Shown one piece after another: positions 27,023 to 39,412 of a stretch of DNA of 64,000 bases (the stretch's first letter is position 1; each line of letters opens with the position of its first letter). The notes below the pieces were generated by a model. The model ran no database searches. It was given only the letters and a program-made list of their open reading frames with translations, and was not told where the DNA came from. The position numbers and the translations under genes are program-made. Source of the DNA: Actinomycetota bacterium (GTDB lineage: Bacteria; Actinomycetota; CADDZG01; WHSQ01); NCBI GenBank assembly GCA_050693895.1, contig JBOGWS010000021.1, positions 24,902 through 88,901 on the forward strand, written 5' to 3'.

Positions 27023-28216
27023 CTAGTCGCCCCGGTGCGCCAATTTGGGGGCGAAGGACCGGCCCGGGCCCGAGCTCGCGATCTCGAGCAGATCGACGAC
27101 CGTGGCTCCGAGATCGGTGAACGAGGACCTCTCCCCCACGTCGACCCCGGGCTCCACCGGTGGCCCCGCTGCCAGGACGAAGACCTTCTCGCGCGAGTGG
27201 TCGGTCGACGGCGTGGTCGGGTCGTTGCCGTGGTCGGCGGTGAGGATCAGCAGGTCATCCGGTCCCAGGGCATCGAGCAGCTCGGGGAGCCTCCGGTCGA
27301 AGGCCTCGAGCGCCTCCGCGTACCCGTGCGGGTCGTTGCGATGCCCGTACGCCTGATCGAAATCGACCAGGTTGGCGAAGATCAGCCCTCGCTCGGTTGC
27401 TCTCAGCTCCTCGATCGAGGCGGAAACGCCCTCGTCGTTGGAGTGCGTGGGGTGGGTGTGCGTGAAGCCCCGCTGGGCGAAGATGTCGTAGATCTTGCCC
27501 ACCGAGCGGACTTCGAGGCCGGCGGCTTTGATCTCGTCCAGCACGGTATCGCTCGGAGGTGGCACGGCGAAGTCGTGCCGGTCCGCCGTCCGCTCGAACC
27601 CACCAGGCGGGCCCCGGAAGGGCCTCGCGATCACCCGGCCGACCTCGTGCTCTCCCGTCATGAGCTCTCTGGCTATGGAACACAGCTCGTAGAGTCGTTC
27701 CAGCGATATGACGTCGACGTGAGCGGCGATCTGCCACACGCTGTCGCCCGACGTGTAGACGATCGGCTTGCCGGTTCTCATGTGCTCCTCACCGAGGTCC
27801 TTGATGATCTCGGTGCCCGACGCGGCATAGTTTCCCAGGATCTCGACCCCCGCTTTCTGCTCGAAAGCCTCGACCAGGTCGGGCGGAAACCCCTCCGGGT
27901 AGAGCGGGAAGGGCTTGTCCAGCACGATTCCGGCGATCTCCCAGTGACCCGTCGTGGTGTCCTTGCCCGGCGAGGTCTCGATCATCGAGCCGTACGCGCC
28001 GGCGGGCTTCTCGGCGGGGGCCACGCCCTCGATGGCGACGATGTTGCCGAGTCCCAAGGATGCCATGTTCGGCAGCGACAACCCCCCGACGGCCCTGGCG
28101 ATATTGGGCAGCGTGGCCGAGCCCTCGTCGCCGAAGACGGCGGCGTCCGGCGCATCGCCGATGCCGGCCGAATCCAGCACGATCAGACAGACGGCGCGAG
28201 CCCTTCGGCTATTCAT
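27023..28216 (-). CDS. deoB: phosphopentomutase
   Basis: [16 protein letters not shown]-terminus, GHRNDP and TADHGNDPT metal-site motifs. Confidence 0.9.
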   Translation of the reverse strand: MNSRRARAVCLIVLDSAGIGDAPDAAVFGDEGSATLPNIARAVGGLSLPNMASLGLGNIVAIEGVAPAEKPAGAYGSMIETSPGKDTTTGHWEIAGIVLDKPFPLYPEGFPPDLVEAFEQKAGVEILGNYAASGTEIIKDLGEEHMRTGKPIVYTSGDSVWQIAAHVDVISLERLYELCSIARELMTGEHEVGRVIARPFRGPPGGFERTADRHDFAVPPPSDTVLDEIKAAGLEVRSVGKIYDIFAQRGFTHTHPTHSNDEGVSASIEELRATERGLIFANLVDFDQAYGHRNDPHGYAEALEAFDRRLPELLDALGPDDLLILTADHGNDPTTPSTDHSREKVFVLAAGPPVEPGVDVGERSSFTDLGATVVDLLEIASSGPGRSFAPKLAHRGD

Positions 28217-28289
28217 GCGTCGATTGTAGGGAAGCCGGCGGACCTGGTTGGTTCCGTCTACGTATCCGTCCGGCCGGGGAGCTGGGAGG

Positions 28290-28700
28290 TCAGGAGTTCA
28301 GCTGAGCGCAGGACACGCACAGGCTCGCAGTCGGCCTGGCCTCGAGTCGCTCGATGGGGATCTCTCGTCCACAGCGTTCGCACTTTCCATAGGTTCCCTC
28401 GTCCATGCGCTCGAGCGCCCCGCTGATCTCGGCGTGCCGGTGCTGGATCTGTTCGATGACGGACAGCATCTCGGATCGCTCCATCGTGGCCTGGGCCGAG
28501 TCGGCGAAACCCTCGTCGGTGGAGACCTCAACGGCGTCCTCCGGATTCGCGGTCGCGCCGTGCTCGGCGAGCTGGTGCTCGACCGACTTCAGCTCCTCGG
28601 TTAGCTCTGCGCGAATGCTCTGTAGCTTGTCCTGCTCCATCAATCCCCCAAGGTCCTTGAGATCGTCGGTGTCGCCCGCGTCGGCTCTGCTCCGGTTCAA
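28290..28700 (-). CDS. DksA/TraR family C4-type zinc finger protein
   Basis: C-terminal [25 protein letters not shown]. Coiled-coil-like N-terminal part. Start is either the TTG at 28700 (TTGA overlap with xerD) or the ATG at 28640 with a GGGGGA SD. Confidence 0.75.
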   Translation of the reverse strand: MNRSRADAGDTDDLKDLGGLMEQDKLQSIRAELTEELKSVEHQLAEHGATANPEDAVEVSTDEGFADSAQATMERSEMLSVIEQIQHRHAEISGALERMDEGTYGKCERCGREIPIERLEARPTASLCVSCAQLNS

Positions 28701-29659
28701 CTTCTGGCACGAGGGTGAGAGGTCAGATACACCTCTCTCAGCCGGCTGTCGCTCACCAGGGTATACACCTGCGTGGTGGCGAGACTTGCGTGGCCGAGTA
28801 GCTCCTGCACCACCCTTATATCCGCTCCGGCGTCCAACATGTGCGTCGCGAACGAGTGACGCAGGGTGTGTGGTGACACCTTATCGCCCAAAGCCGCATG
28901 CCGAGCATAGGCCTTCAGGATCTTCCAGCACCCCTGCCGGCTGAGGCGGCCTCCTCGGGCGTTGAGGAACAGGGCATTCCGCCCGCCCGCTCCACCTCCA
29001 CGGGTCACGAGCACGGGCCTGGACTGCGTCGTATAGGCACCGACCGCCTTCTTGGCCATGCTCCCCAGGGGCACACGGCGGGACTTGCTCCCCTTGCCGG
29101 CCCGCACGAGCACGGCAGAGGCGTCGAGGTCCACGTCGTCGACATCGAGCCCCACGAGCTCGCTGATGCGCAGCCCGGCGCCGTAGAGGGTCTCGAGTAT
29201 CGCCCGGTCGCGCCGGCCGAGCAGGTCGTCTGCGGGGCCCCCGAGGAGAGACTCGACCTCGTCGAGCCGAATCGCCTTGGGCAGGGACTTGGGTTGCTTG
29301 GGACTCCCGATCCTCCCCGTCGGATCGGCGTCCAGGTAATCCTCACGGACCAGGAACTTGTAGAGCGAGCGGAGGGCGACGAGCATCCGGGCCACCGAGG
29401 AGGGGGCCAGGGGCTTTGACGTCGGCGGCCGACCCTCCCTGAGGCTCGCGAGGAAGTCGGTCACATCGTCGCCGTCCGCGGCCGCTGGGTCCAATTCGGC
29501 TCGCCGGCAGTAGTCCAGCCACGTCTCGAGATCACGCCGGTAGGCGGCCACCGTGTTCGCCGCCAGACCTCGCTCGGTCGAGATGTAGGTGAGGAACTCG
29601 CCTACGAGGCGGCCAAAGGAAGTGGTCGAGTCCGTGCCGGGATGAGACGGCCGGCTCAC
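28697..29659 (-). CDS. xerD: site-specific tyrosine recombinase XerD
   Basis: Catalytic region HTLRHSFATHMLDAGADIRVVQELLGHASLATTQVYT. GTG at 29659 in a GTGA overlap with the ald stop. Conserved position near pyrG. Confidence 0.85.
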   Translation of the reverse strand: MSRPSHPGTDSTTSFGRLVGEFLTYISTERGLAANTVAAYRRDLETWLDYCRRAELDPAAADGDDVTDFLASLREGRPPTSKPLAPSSVARMLVALRSLYKFLVREDYLDADPTGRIGSPKQPKSLPKAIRLDEVESLLGGPADDLLGRRDRAILETLYGAGLRISELVGLDVDDVDLDASAVLVRAGKGSKSRRVPLGSMAKKAVGAYTTQSRPVLVTRGGGAGGRNALFLNARGGRLSRQGCWKILKAYARHAALGDKVSPHTLRHSFATHMLDAGADIRVVQELLGHASLATTQVYTLVSDSRLREVYLTSHPRARS

Positions 29660-30768
29660 AACATCTTTTCGATGGGCGTGTACTCGAGGCCGTGGGCCTG
29701 GCACACGGGCTCGTAGGTGCACGAACCGCCGTAGGTGTTGACTCCCTGTGCGAGAGCGCGATCGGACCTAACCGCCTCCCTCAGTCCCTGCTCCGCGAGC
29801 GTGAGCGCGTAGGGCAACGTCAGGTTGGTCAGCGCGTAGGTCGACGTGTGGGGAACCGCTCCCGGCATGTTCCCGACGCAGTAGTGCACGACGTCGTGAA
29901 CCACGTAGGTCGGGTCGGAGTGCGTCGTCATCTTCGATGTCTCGAAGCAACCCCCCTGGTCGATCGAGATGTCGACGATCACAGCCCCCGGATTCATGGC
30001 CTTGATGATGTCCTCGGTCACGACCTTCGGAGCCAGAGCGCCAGGCACCAACACCGCACCGATGACGAGGTCGGCCTGCGTCACGATCTCCTCGACCACG
30101 AGCCGGTTCGACATGAGCGTCAGGATGCGGCCCTTGTGGATACGGTCGACCTCCCGCAGCTTGGCGATGTTCTTGTCGAGGATGATGACCTCGGCCTCCA
30201 TGCCTTGCGCAATCCAGGCCGCGTTCATCCCGGACATGCCGGCACCGATGACGACGACCTTCGCGGGAGCGACGCCGGACACTCCGCCCATGAGGATGCC
30301 CCGACCCCCGTTCTCGCGCTCTAGGAAGTGGGCGCCCACCTGCGGGGCCATGCGTCCGGCCACCTCGCTCATGGGGGCGAGCAGGGGCAGCGAACCGTCC
30401 GGGTACTCGACCGTCTCGTAGGCGACGCCGGTCGTCTTGGATTCGAGCAGAGCAGTCGTCACCTTGTCGGACGCGGCCAGGTGCAGATACGTGAACAGAA
30501 TCAGACCGTCGCGCAGGCGATGGAACTCCTCCTCGATGGGCTCCTTCACCTTGAGAACCATGTCGGCCTCGGCGAAGACGACGTCCGCGTTCGGCACGAT
30601 GACCGCGCCGGCGCGCTCGAACTCCGAATCCCAGATGTTCGAGCCCCGGCCCGCGTCCTTCTCGATGATGACCTCATGGTCGTGGACCACGAACTCACGC
30701 ACGCCGGCGGGCGTGATCGCCACGCGGTACTCGTTGTCCTTCAGCTCGCGCGGTACTCCGATCCTCAT
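29656..30768 (-). CDS. ald: alanine dehydrogenase
   Basis: [24 protein letters not shown]-terminus and NAD motif [14 protein letters not shown]. Confidence 0.9.
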   Translation of the reverse strand: MRIGVPRELKDNEYRVAITPAGVREFVVHDHEVIIEKDAGRGSNIWDSEFERAGAVIVPNADVVFAEADMVLKVKEPIEEEFHRLRDGLILFTYLHLAASDKVTTALLESKTTGVAYETVEYPDGSLPLLAPMSEVAGRMAPQVGAHFLERENGGRGILMGGVSGVAPAKVVVIGAGMSGMNAAWIAQGMEAEVIILDKNIAKLREVDRIHKGRILTLMSNRLVVEEIVTQADLVIGAVLVPGALAPKVVTEDIIKAMNPGAVIVDISIDQGGCFETSKMTTHSDPTYVVHDVVHYCVGNMPGAVPHTSTYALTNLTLPYALTLAEQGLREAVRSDRALAQGVNTYGGSCTYEPVCQAHGLEYTPIEKML

Positions 30769-30795
30769 GAACCAAACCCCCCTTGGTTTGTTGGT

Positions 30796-32643
<1,848 letters not shown>

Positions 32644-33483
32644 CTATTTGCGGCCGATTCGGTCCACCGCCTGCAGCCATGGCGTCGAATCGATGACCCG
32701 TGAGAACGAGACCTTCTCGGAAACCAAGTTGAGGGCGCCGATCACGAGCACCGCCAGCAGCCGGAAGGGCTCGTCGAGCGAGTAGGCCAGGCCCAGGCCG
32801 ACGACCGCCCCGATCGGGTTCGCGCCGGCGTCTCCGAGCATGGCTCTCTCGCGCAGGTCGGCAGGAGTGACTGCCACGAGAGCCCCCACGACTCCCGCGG
32901 TACCGACCGCGAAGCCGACGGGCCCGAAGACCACGAGCGGAACAAGGCAGAGGAAGGCGACCTTGAGGGCGCGCCCGGGGGCCCGGTCCAGCAGGTTGAA
33001 GAGATTGGCCGTCAGACCAACGAGGAGGAACACCTCGACCTTGTGGCCGAGACCCTCAGCGGGCATCGCAGCGGTTGCCCCCGCGAGGCCGCCCGCGGCT
33101 ATCTTCACGAGCCCCCCGGTCAACGCGCCGCCGCCCATCGAGGTCATGTGTCCTCGGAAGCCCCGGGCCTGCTCGTCCCCTCTGCGGTCGTCGAAGAGTC
33201 CCGCGACGAACATCACTGCGACCACAACGAGGACCAAGCTCGTCCCTACGCGCCCGGCCGGCGCTTCGTCGGTAACCGAAATCAAGAACACGAGCGCAAA
33301 ACTCCCAGCGATGCTCCCGAACAACACACCGAAACCGAGCACTACCGGCACCTCGCGCTGGTTGATGTTGATCCGGACCAGAGATCGAGGAACCACCGAG
33401 AGCGCGACCCGAACCGCAAGCAGCGAGGCCACGAAACCAGCGAGAGCCGAGGCCGCCGTCAGGACACCGACGTCGCCCGTCAC
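32644..33483 (-). CDS. MraY/WecA-like (glycosyltransferase family 4) polytopic membrane protein, divergent
   Basis: FDDRRG, NLFNLLDRAPG and LGDAGANPIG resemble the DD, NxxNxxD and GD.G motifs of polyprenyl-phosphate sugar-phosphate transferases. The DG-DGL part is degenerate. Confidence 0.45.
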   Translation of the reverse strand: MTGDVGVLTAASALAGFVASLLAVRVALSVVPRSLVRININQREVPVVLGFGVLFGSIAGSFALVFLISVTDEAPAGRVGTSLVLVVVAVMFVAGLFDDRRGDEQARGFRGHMTSMGGGALTGGLVKIAAGGLAGATAAMPAEGLGHKVEVFLLVGLTANLFNLLDRAPGRALKVAFLCLVPLVVFGPVGFAVGTAGVVGALVAVTPADLRERAMLGDAGANPIGAVVGLGLAYSLDEPFRLLAVLVIGALNLVSEKVSFSRVIDSTPWLQAVDRIGRK

Positions 33484-35720
33484 ACCGGCACCTCCTCTCG
33501 GACCGGCGACGGGCCCGTCAGCGGAGGCGCCTCCATGGCCAGGTGTACGAGCAACGCCATGGGGACGAGAAAGGACAGGATCACCGCCGGTATGACGATG
33601 CCCGAGTCGTTGACTGCGAATCCCGTCACGGCGAGCACAAGGCCCCCGATCAAGCCGGCCCTCAGCTTCGGATAGTCGAAGGCGAACTGCTGCCAGCGGC
33701 CGCTGGGCCGGCGCAGCAGATAGACCATCGCGAGGAGCGCGGGCGGTACGAAGTAGGTCCAGATCGTCGACGTGAAGACACGGAGGTTTGACGTGGCCTT
33801 GCGCTGGATGGTGTCGAACAGGGCTCCGAATCCCCTGTCCCGAGTGTCCTCGTAGAGCCGGGCGAGATGCGTCTGCGACTCGGCCGGCAGCGCGAGGTCG
33901 ATGATCAGGAAGACCCCCAGGGCCACCACCCCGGCCAGGCCGGCGACGACGACCATGCGCAGCCTGGGCTTCCGCCCGCTCAGCAACACCAGGGTTATGC
34001 CAAGCGCGGGGACGAGGGCCAGTACTCCGCCGACGTCGCTCCCGAACCCGGGAGCACCGTCTATGAAGATCGTTACGAGAAAGAGAGCGACGACGAGCGG
34101 CATCGTGAATGACCTGCCGCTAAACCGGTAGGCGATGAGCGCGCCGGTCAACACGGCCGTAACCCCGAACACGGCGAAGACGATGTTGCCCGCGCCGGCG
34201 AACCGGCCGGCCACGATGGGCGAGTAGCCGAACACCGTGTTGAGTTGCAACATGCTTCCCGTTACGAGGTCGAGCGCGACGAGCAACCAGGTGAACGCGA
34301 CCAGCGCCAGAAGCCGGTCCAGCGAATTCCTGAAAATTACCGACGCGGTCATCACAAGCGCCGCCGTGATTGCGATGAGCAGCGCACCGAACGCGACCTC
34401 ACCAAAAGCGTGTCCGTCGACCACACCCGCGAGATAGGTCGACACCGGAAACGCAACGACCGCGAGGCCGCACATCTGGAGCGTCCGCCCGGCCGTGGAA
34501 CCGACGCCACCGCGCCTCTCGCGCCAAACGAGCAGCAACAACAAGAGGACGTAGACCAGCACCTGAAACAGGACGAAGATCGCGCTCAACGGACCCTTGA
34601 CCTTGTCGATGAAGACGGACTCATCGTCGAGCGCCGTCATCGAGGCGGCCGGCAGGTCGCTCGTAGGCCGGGACACCATTGCTCGGCCGTTCATCGCCGG
34701 GGGCCTGTCGACGCCGAAGTGCTCGAGGATCGTCGGAGCGACGTCGGGGAGCGTCACGAGGCTCTGACGGCGGGTCGAAGCTGTCTCGAGCGCCGCTCCC
34801 GCCTCGAAGTCACCACCCACTGCAACAGCCACACCGAGGTGCGCTTCACCCGCCCACGATGGCGAGGTCGGTGACACGACCAGCAGGAGGTCGTCCGGCT
34901 GCATGCGGCTCCGGAGGTCGCCGACCAGTTCATCGGACGCCATCAGTGCCTCGCGCTGCGACGTGAGGAGGTCAGGGGTCACCTCGTCACGCCCCAACGC
35001 CATGACCCATTGGTCGAAGCGCGTCAGGTCGCCCTGGTCGACGAACGCCACCCCGCAGTCCTCGGCCTTGAAGAAGACGTCGAGCGCATCGGAAAGTCTC
35101 TCGGGATCGGTCCGGACGCCATAGGGAGCCATCTCGTCGTCGGCGAGAAGGGAATCGCCCGTGGCGGCCGCCTCGACCACCCCCTCCGGGCTCATAGCCG
35201 ACAGCAGGGTCCACCGTCCGAAGCCGATCGGTGCGGGGGCCGGCTTTCCCAGGTCCCCGTTGCCGATCGCGTAGACAGGAGTCTCTAGAGCACCGGCCAG
35301 CGCGCCGGGGCGTGCCCCATACCCATCGTCGGAGGCGCCCGCCTCGACCTCGCCCACTCCCGCGACCCGCACGTTCTTGGATACCGGCGATCCCGCGGCC
35401 GGCGGCACTACCTCTTCCACCGGGCCTCCCGTGGTCACTCCCCCGTCGACCCTCGCGCCCGCGCCCATGGTCACGAAACCCGATGCGAGAGAAGTGCGGG
35501 ACGAGTTCGTGCGTACCGACATCGAGCCCCACGCTCCGTCCTCGATCGCCTGCACGATGTGCGGCGGATCGAAACGTTCGATGTCAGACCACAGGACACC
35601 GGGCAGAGCCAACACGACGCTGCGCGTGCAGTCCTCCTGGGCCTGGACCGGAGCCGCCGTCACCAACAGCAGAGCGGTTGCTGCGACGAAGGCCCGGACG
35701 ACGCTCAGTGTGCGTGCCAT
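33480..35720 (-). CDS. large envelope protein: signal peptide, ~370-aa extracytoplasmic domain, C-terminal polytopic membrane domain
   Basis: N-terminal MARTLSVVRAFVAATALLLVTAAPVQAQE. The C-terminal half has about 10 hydrophobic helices. No motif I can name. Confidence 0.5.
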   Translation of the reverse strand: MARTLSVVRAFVAATALLLVTAAPVQAQEDCTRSVVLALPGVLWSDIERFDPPHIVQAIEDGAWGSMSVRTNSSRTSLASGFVTMGAGARVDGGVTTGGPVEEVVPPAAGSPVSKNVRVAGVGEVEAGASDDGYGARPGALAGALETPVYAIGNGDLGKPAPAPIGFGRWTLLSAMSPEGVVEAAATGDSLLADDEMAPYGVRTDPERLSDALDVFFKAEDCGVAFVDQGDLTRFDQWVMALGRDEVTPDLLTSQREALMASDELVGDLRSRMQPDDLLLVVSPTSPSWAGEAHLGVAVAVGGDFEAGAALETASTRRQSLVTLPDVAPTILEHFGVDRPPAMNGRAMVSRPTSDLPAASMTALDDESVFIDKVKGPLSAIFVLFQVLVYVLLLLLLVWRERRGGVGSTAGRTLQMCGLAVVAFPVSTYLAGVVDGHAFGEVAFGALLIAITAALVMTASVIFRNSLDRLLALVAFTWLLVALDLVTGSMLQLNTVFGYSPIVAGRFAGAGNIVFAVFGVTAVLTGALIAYRFSGRSFTMPLVVALFLVTIFIDGAPGFGSDVGGVLALVPALGITLVLLSGRKPRLRMVVVAGLAGVVALGVFLIIDLALPAESQTHLARLYEDTRDRGFGALFDTIQRKATSNLRVFTSTIWTYFVPPALLAMVYLLRRPSGRWQQFAFDYPKLRAGLIGGLVLAVTGFAVNDSGIVIPAVILSFLVPMALLVHLAMEAPPLTGPSPVREEVPV

Positions 35721-36802
35721 TCGTACGCTCCGCTCAGGCGCGCCAGCATCTGGTCCGTCGAGAATCGTCTGCGGAGATCAACGAGCGCCTGCTCTGCGTA
35801 TCGATTCGCGGTCTCCGGCGAGCTCAACACATCGCTGAGAGCTGCAGCTAGTGCCTCGGCGTCACCTTTTGGCACGAGCCGTCCCGAGGATCGATCTCCG
35901 ATCAACTCCGGCATGCCACCGACGTTGGTCGACACGACGGGGGTGCCGACGAGAATGGCCTCCTGCGCTGCGAGCGGAACACCCTCCCAGTTCGACGACA
36001 GACTGAAGACGGCGGCGGCGTTGATCCAGTCAGCGAGGTCGTTTCGCCAGCCGAGCCATCGCACGCGCTTGTCGAGGCCCATCGCCCGCGACATCGTCTT
36101 CAACCTCTGCTCGTCTGGACCCTGGCCGAGCACGATCAATACAACATTCGCGGGGAGTCGCGCGAGCGCGCTGAGCATGACGTCCAGAGCCTTCTGCGCA
36201 GAGAGCCTCGACGCTGTGACGATCAGTCTTGCGTCCTCGGTCACGTCCGCCTCGGCCCGCACCTGCGCGGGGGTCCTCTTGACGCGCGGAGCGTCACCGA
36301 TCCCGAGGTAGAGAATCTCTATCTTCCCCGCGGACTTGGGTGACCGGCCGCGCAGGTGCCTGGCGATCTCCTCCGAGACCGCGAAGGTGTGCTTGGTGAG
36401 GCGCACGGATAGCGGCTCTGCCCATTTGTATGCAGCGGTTTTCACGCGCCCCGAAACGTCCGGGAGCACGAGGTTGTGCACCGTTTGCAAGGCCGGGACA
36501 TCCAGGGGGCGCGCCGCAAGCGCCGCGTCGATCCCCGCGCGCAGCCCGTGCGCGTGGACGACGTCGTAGCCACCCTGCCGGAGATAGCTTCTCAGGATCC
36601 GCACGACCCGTGAGTGACCAAGCGGGCCATCGGGGATATCGAGGGGAATGACGGGCTTGGGCATAGCCACGGGAAGGTCCGTCGGTCCGGCGACGTCGAC
36701 CGCGAGATCGTCGCCGTCCAGGGCATCGGTGATCTGGGCGACGTGTCTAGCGATCCCTCCTGCAGAGCGGCCGAGGACCTGGAGGACGTTCAATCGGCTC
36801 AT
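35705..36802 (-). CDS. GT-B glycosyltransferase (group 1 / CAZy GT4-like)
   Basis: C-terminal EGVPLAAQEAILVGTPVVSTNVGGMPELI (E-x7-E region). HAHGLRAG N-terminal domain. Confidence 0.8.
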   Translation of the reverse strand: MSRLNVLQVLGRSAGGIARHVAQITDALDGDDLAVDVAGPTDLPVAMPKPVIPLDIPDGPLGHSRVVRILRSYLRQGGYDVVHAHGLRAGIDAALAARPLDVPALQTVHNLVLPDVSGRVKTAAYKWAEPLSVRLTKHTFAVSEEIARHLRGRSPKSAGKIEILYLGIGDAPRVKRTPAQVRAEADVTEDARLIVTASRLSAQKALDVMLSALARLPANVVLIVLGQGPDEQRLKTMSRAMGLDKRVRWLGWRNDLADWINAAAVFSLSSNWEGVPLAAQEAILVGTPVVSTNVGGMPELIGDRSSGRLVPKGDAEALAAALSDVLSSPETANRYAEQALVDLRRRFSTDQMLARLSGAYEWHAH

Positions 36803-38418
36803 CTCGATTCGCCCCGCCTGACGAGCGCGGTGAACCGTCGCAATTCGGGTGCGCCGGTCATCACCATGACCGCCACGTAGACACCAAGACCCGCTCCCGA
36901 GGCCACAAGGAAACTCACCAGGGTCTCGAGTTTCGTCGACGCCGGCAGCGCCACTGTGATCGCCCCCGCGACGGCAAACGAGAGGAGGGACGCTCCGAAC
37001 GATCGACCGACGCCGACCTTCAGATCACGGGTGGCGACGGTGCCGAGCCGGCGGGACAAGAGATGCACGAGGACCACGGCGGCGACCGCAAAGGCGGCCG
37101 AGTGCGCGAGGGCCAGCGTCGGGACAGACCAGTCCGTGTCCACCGTGCTGAACAGAGTCACCCCAAGAACGCTCGCGATGACGACGGCTCCCCCGTTGAC
37201 GAGCGCCGGCGTCTTCGTGTCGCTCATGGCATAGAAGGCGCGCGTCACCACAAGGAAGGTCGAGTAGGTCGGCAGCCCAATCACGAAGGCCGCCAATACG
37301 CGCGCAACCAGTTCGGCCCCCGACTCGGTCATCACTCCGTATTCGAGGGTCAACCTGGAGATCGCGCCGGCACCGGCGAGCATGATGGCCGCGGTTGGCA
37401 GGAGGATGAAGGCAAGCATTCGCAGACCATCGCGAAGGCGGATCAGGAGTTCCTCGGGCGCGCCGCGCGCCGCGCTCGCCGACATTGCGGGAAAGAGGAC
37501 GTGGAAGATCGCCACCGCGAAAAGTGCGTGCGGCATGTAGAAGAACGTGAACGCCCACTGGTACGCGGCAACGCCGCCCTCGACCGAGTTGGCGAGCAAC
37601 AGGACGACGATCAGGCCGGCCTGGTACCCACCCGCATAGCCGAGTGCCCACACCCCGAGATGTGCGGCCTTTCGCACCGCAGGATGCCGCGGCGCCCATT
37701 TGAAGCGAAAATGCCAGCCGAGCGATCTCAACTGAGGGATCAGACACACGGTCATCGCCACCACGCCGAGGGTCGTCCCGAGTCCCAGAACCAGGGTCTG
37801 CGACGTGGTTATGCCGTCCACGGTGGGAGGGGCGCTCCCCCGCAGCGTTGCGTAGAACAGGTAGACGCCGATAACCACGAGGTTGTTGAAGATCGGGGCG
37901 ACGGCGGCGATGGCGAACTTCCGGTGGGCGTGTAGCGCTCCCGTCATGATCATGCCGGCGCCGTAGAACACGATCTGCGGCGCAAACAATCGCAGGAAAG
38001 CGGCCCCAAGGGTGATCTCCTGCCCGCGCAGTTCGGCGTCGTCCACTCCCAGAGTAAAGAGGCGCATGAGCGGCTCGCCCAGCAGCGCTACCAACAAGGC
38101 AATCGCGACGAGGCCAACAACGGCGACCGTCGTGAGCGCATTGGCGGCCTGCCAGCCCTCGTCCTGTCGGCCTTTGACCAGATAGTCCACGAACGTCGGC
38201 ACGAAAACCGACGTGAGCACCCCTGCGGCGACGAGTTCAAAGACCACGTTGGGGGCCGTGTTGGCGGTCTGATACGTGTTCGCCAAGAAGGTCGTCCCCA
38301 TAGCTGCGGCGACAACGGTGACGCGGACGAAGCCGGTAATGCGCGAGAGCGCGGTCGCCAGCGTGATGATCGCGGCGCCGCGCGCCAGGGATCCCTGAGG
38401 CTCGGCTAGAGACGCCAT
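36799..38418 (-). CDS. murJ: lipid II flippase MurJ (MviN family)
   Basis: ALSRITGFVRVTVVAAAMGTTFLANTYQTANTAPNVVFELVAAG matches the MurJ N-terminal pattern. 14-TM-like profile. Confidence 0.8.
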   Translation of the reverse strand: MASLAEPQGSLARGAAIITLATALSRITGFVRVTVVAAAMGTTFLANTYQTANTAPNVVFELVAAGVLTSVFVPTFVDYLVKGRQDEGWQAANALTTVAVVGLVAIALLVALLGEPLMRLFTLGVDDAELRGQEITLGAAFLRLFAPQIVFYGAGMIMTGALHAHRKFAIAAVAPIFNNLVVIGVYLFYATLRGSAPPTVDGITTSQTLVLGLGTTLGVVAMTVCLIPQLRSLGWHFRFKWAPRHPAVRKAAHLGVWALGYAGGYQAGLIVVLLLANSVEGGVAAYQWAFTFFYMPHALFAVAIFHVLFPAMSASAARGAPEELLIRLRDGLRMLAFILLPTAAIMLAGAGAISRLTLEYGVMTESGAELVARVLAAFVIGLPTYSTFLVVTRAFYAMSDTKTPALVNGGAVVIASVLGVTLFSTVDTDWSVPTLALAHSAAFAVAAVVLVHLLSRRLGTVATRDLKVGVGRSFGASLLSFAVAGAITVALPASTKLETLVSFLVASGAGLGVYVAVMVMTGAPELRRFTALVRRGESR

Positions 38419-38458
38419 GGTTCGTCCGCCGGTGGCCGATCGGCCAATAAGAGGACCA

Positions 38459-39412
38459 CTATTCTTCCGGCGGAGGGTCGGGCAGCGGGCGCGTCCCGTC
38501 GTCCGTCCCGAAGTGCCCCGCCGGATTGGCCGGAGGCTCGTTGAGCACCAGCACGAGGGCTACGTGACCGAGCGCGCTTTCGCCCGTGTCCACCGTCGAG
38601 ACCGTCTCGTTTATTTCGTCGTCGTCACGGACGGTCGTGACCATGTCCCATTGGCTCGACGATGACTCCGTCACGACGACGTCTGTTTCCCCCGCCGTTA
38701 GCTCGGCGCTGAGTCGTCTGATGAACTCGGTCACGTCGAACGGCTGCGTCGTTGCGTTTCCACCGGCGATAACGAAAGACGACTCGTTCGGCACTACTTC
38801 GCTCTCGTCACTGTTTCGTTCAACCGAGATGAAGTCCTCTTCCTCCAGCAAGCGCAAGAGCTCGGAGTAGGCGACCTGAGTGGAACCCTCTCCCGAATCG
38901 GTGGGCCCGCCGCCATCCAGAGCGAGCGAGGCGGCCCCATCTCCAAGTGCCTCGGCCGCATCCATCAGCACGTCGGAGGGCCCTTGCTCGACGGACTCGA
39001 CGATCGTGGCGAGCTGATCCACTTCGGGCCCACTCTCGAGCGCGAACTTCGGTCCCAGGGTTATCTGCGTGACGATATTCGCGCCCGCACCTTCGAGGGC
39101 GCTTATCGAACCGTCGACGACTCCGCCGTCTGACTCGTCGACGGTGAAGAGGACGACGTCCCTGCCGTTCAGCCGCCCATCGATCGCCCACGGTGCGGCC
39201 GCCTGAGCCCACGCGGTGAGCGCCTCGTTCTGGGCCCGCAGCTGATCGATCTGCTCTCGTTGCTCTCTAACCTCGGTGTTGACGGTCTCGATACGGTTCT
39301 CAAGGTCGCGCGCGAGGGGATCGCCGACGAAGCCCGCCCCCAACATGATCCCAACGGTCAGGGCAAGAAAAATCGAGATGATCGTGACGACCAGATAGCG
39401 AAAGTCGATCAT
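38459..39412 (-). CDS. copper transporter MctB / SteB-like protein (Rv1698 family)
   Basis: MIDFRYLVVTIISIFLALTVGIMLG followed by a coiled coil is the family N-terminus. ATGA overlap with the steA stop at 39409-39412. Track extension rejected. Confidence 0.75.
   Translation of the reverse strand: MIDFRYLVVTIISIFLALTVGIMLGAGFVGDPLARDLENRIETVNTEVREQREQIDQLRAQNEALTAWAQAAAPWAIDGRLNGRDVVLFTVDESDGGVVDGSISALEGAGANIVTQITLGPKFALESGPEVDQLATIVESVEQGPSDVLMDAAEALGDGAASLALDGGGPTDSGEGSTQVAYSELLRLLEEEDFISVERNSDESEVVPNESSFVIAGGNATTQPFDVTEFIRRLSAELTAGETDVVVTESSSSQWDMVTTVRDDDEINETVSTVDTGESALGHVALVLVLNEPPANPAGHFGTDDGTRPLPDPPPEE

Noticed and set aside
28697-29659. Tyrosine recombinase as a sign of an integrated mobile element
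   Set aside because: The sequence and its conserved position near pyrG and the parA-like gene indicate the chromosomal dimer-resolution recombinase XerD. No att-like repeats, phage genes or transposon genes are nearby.
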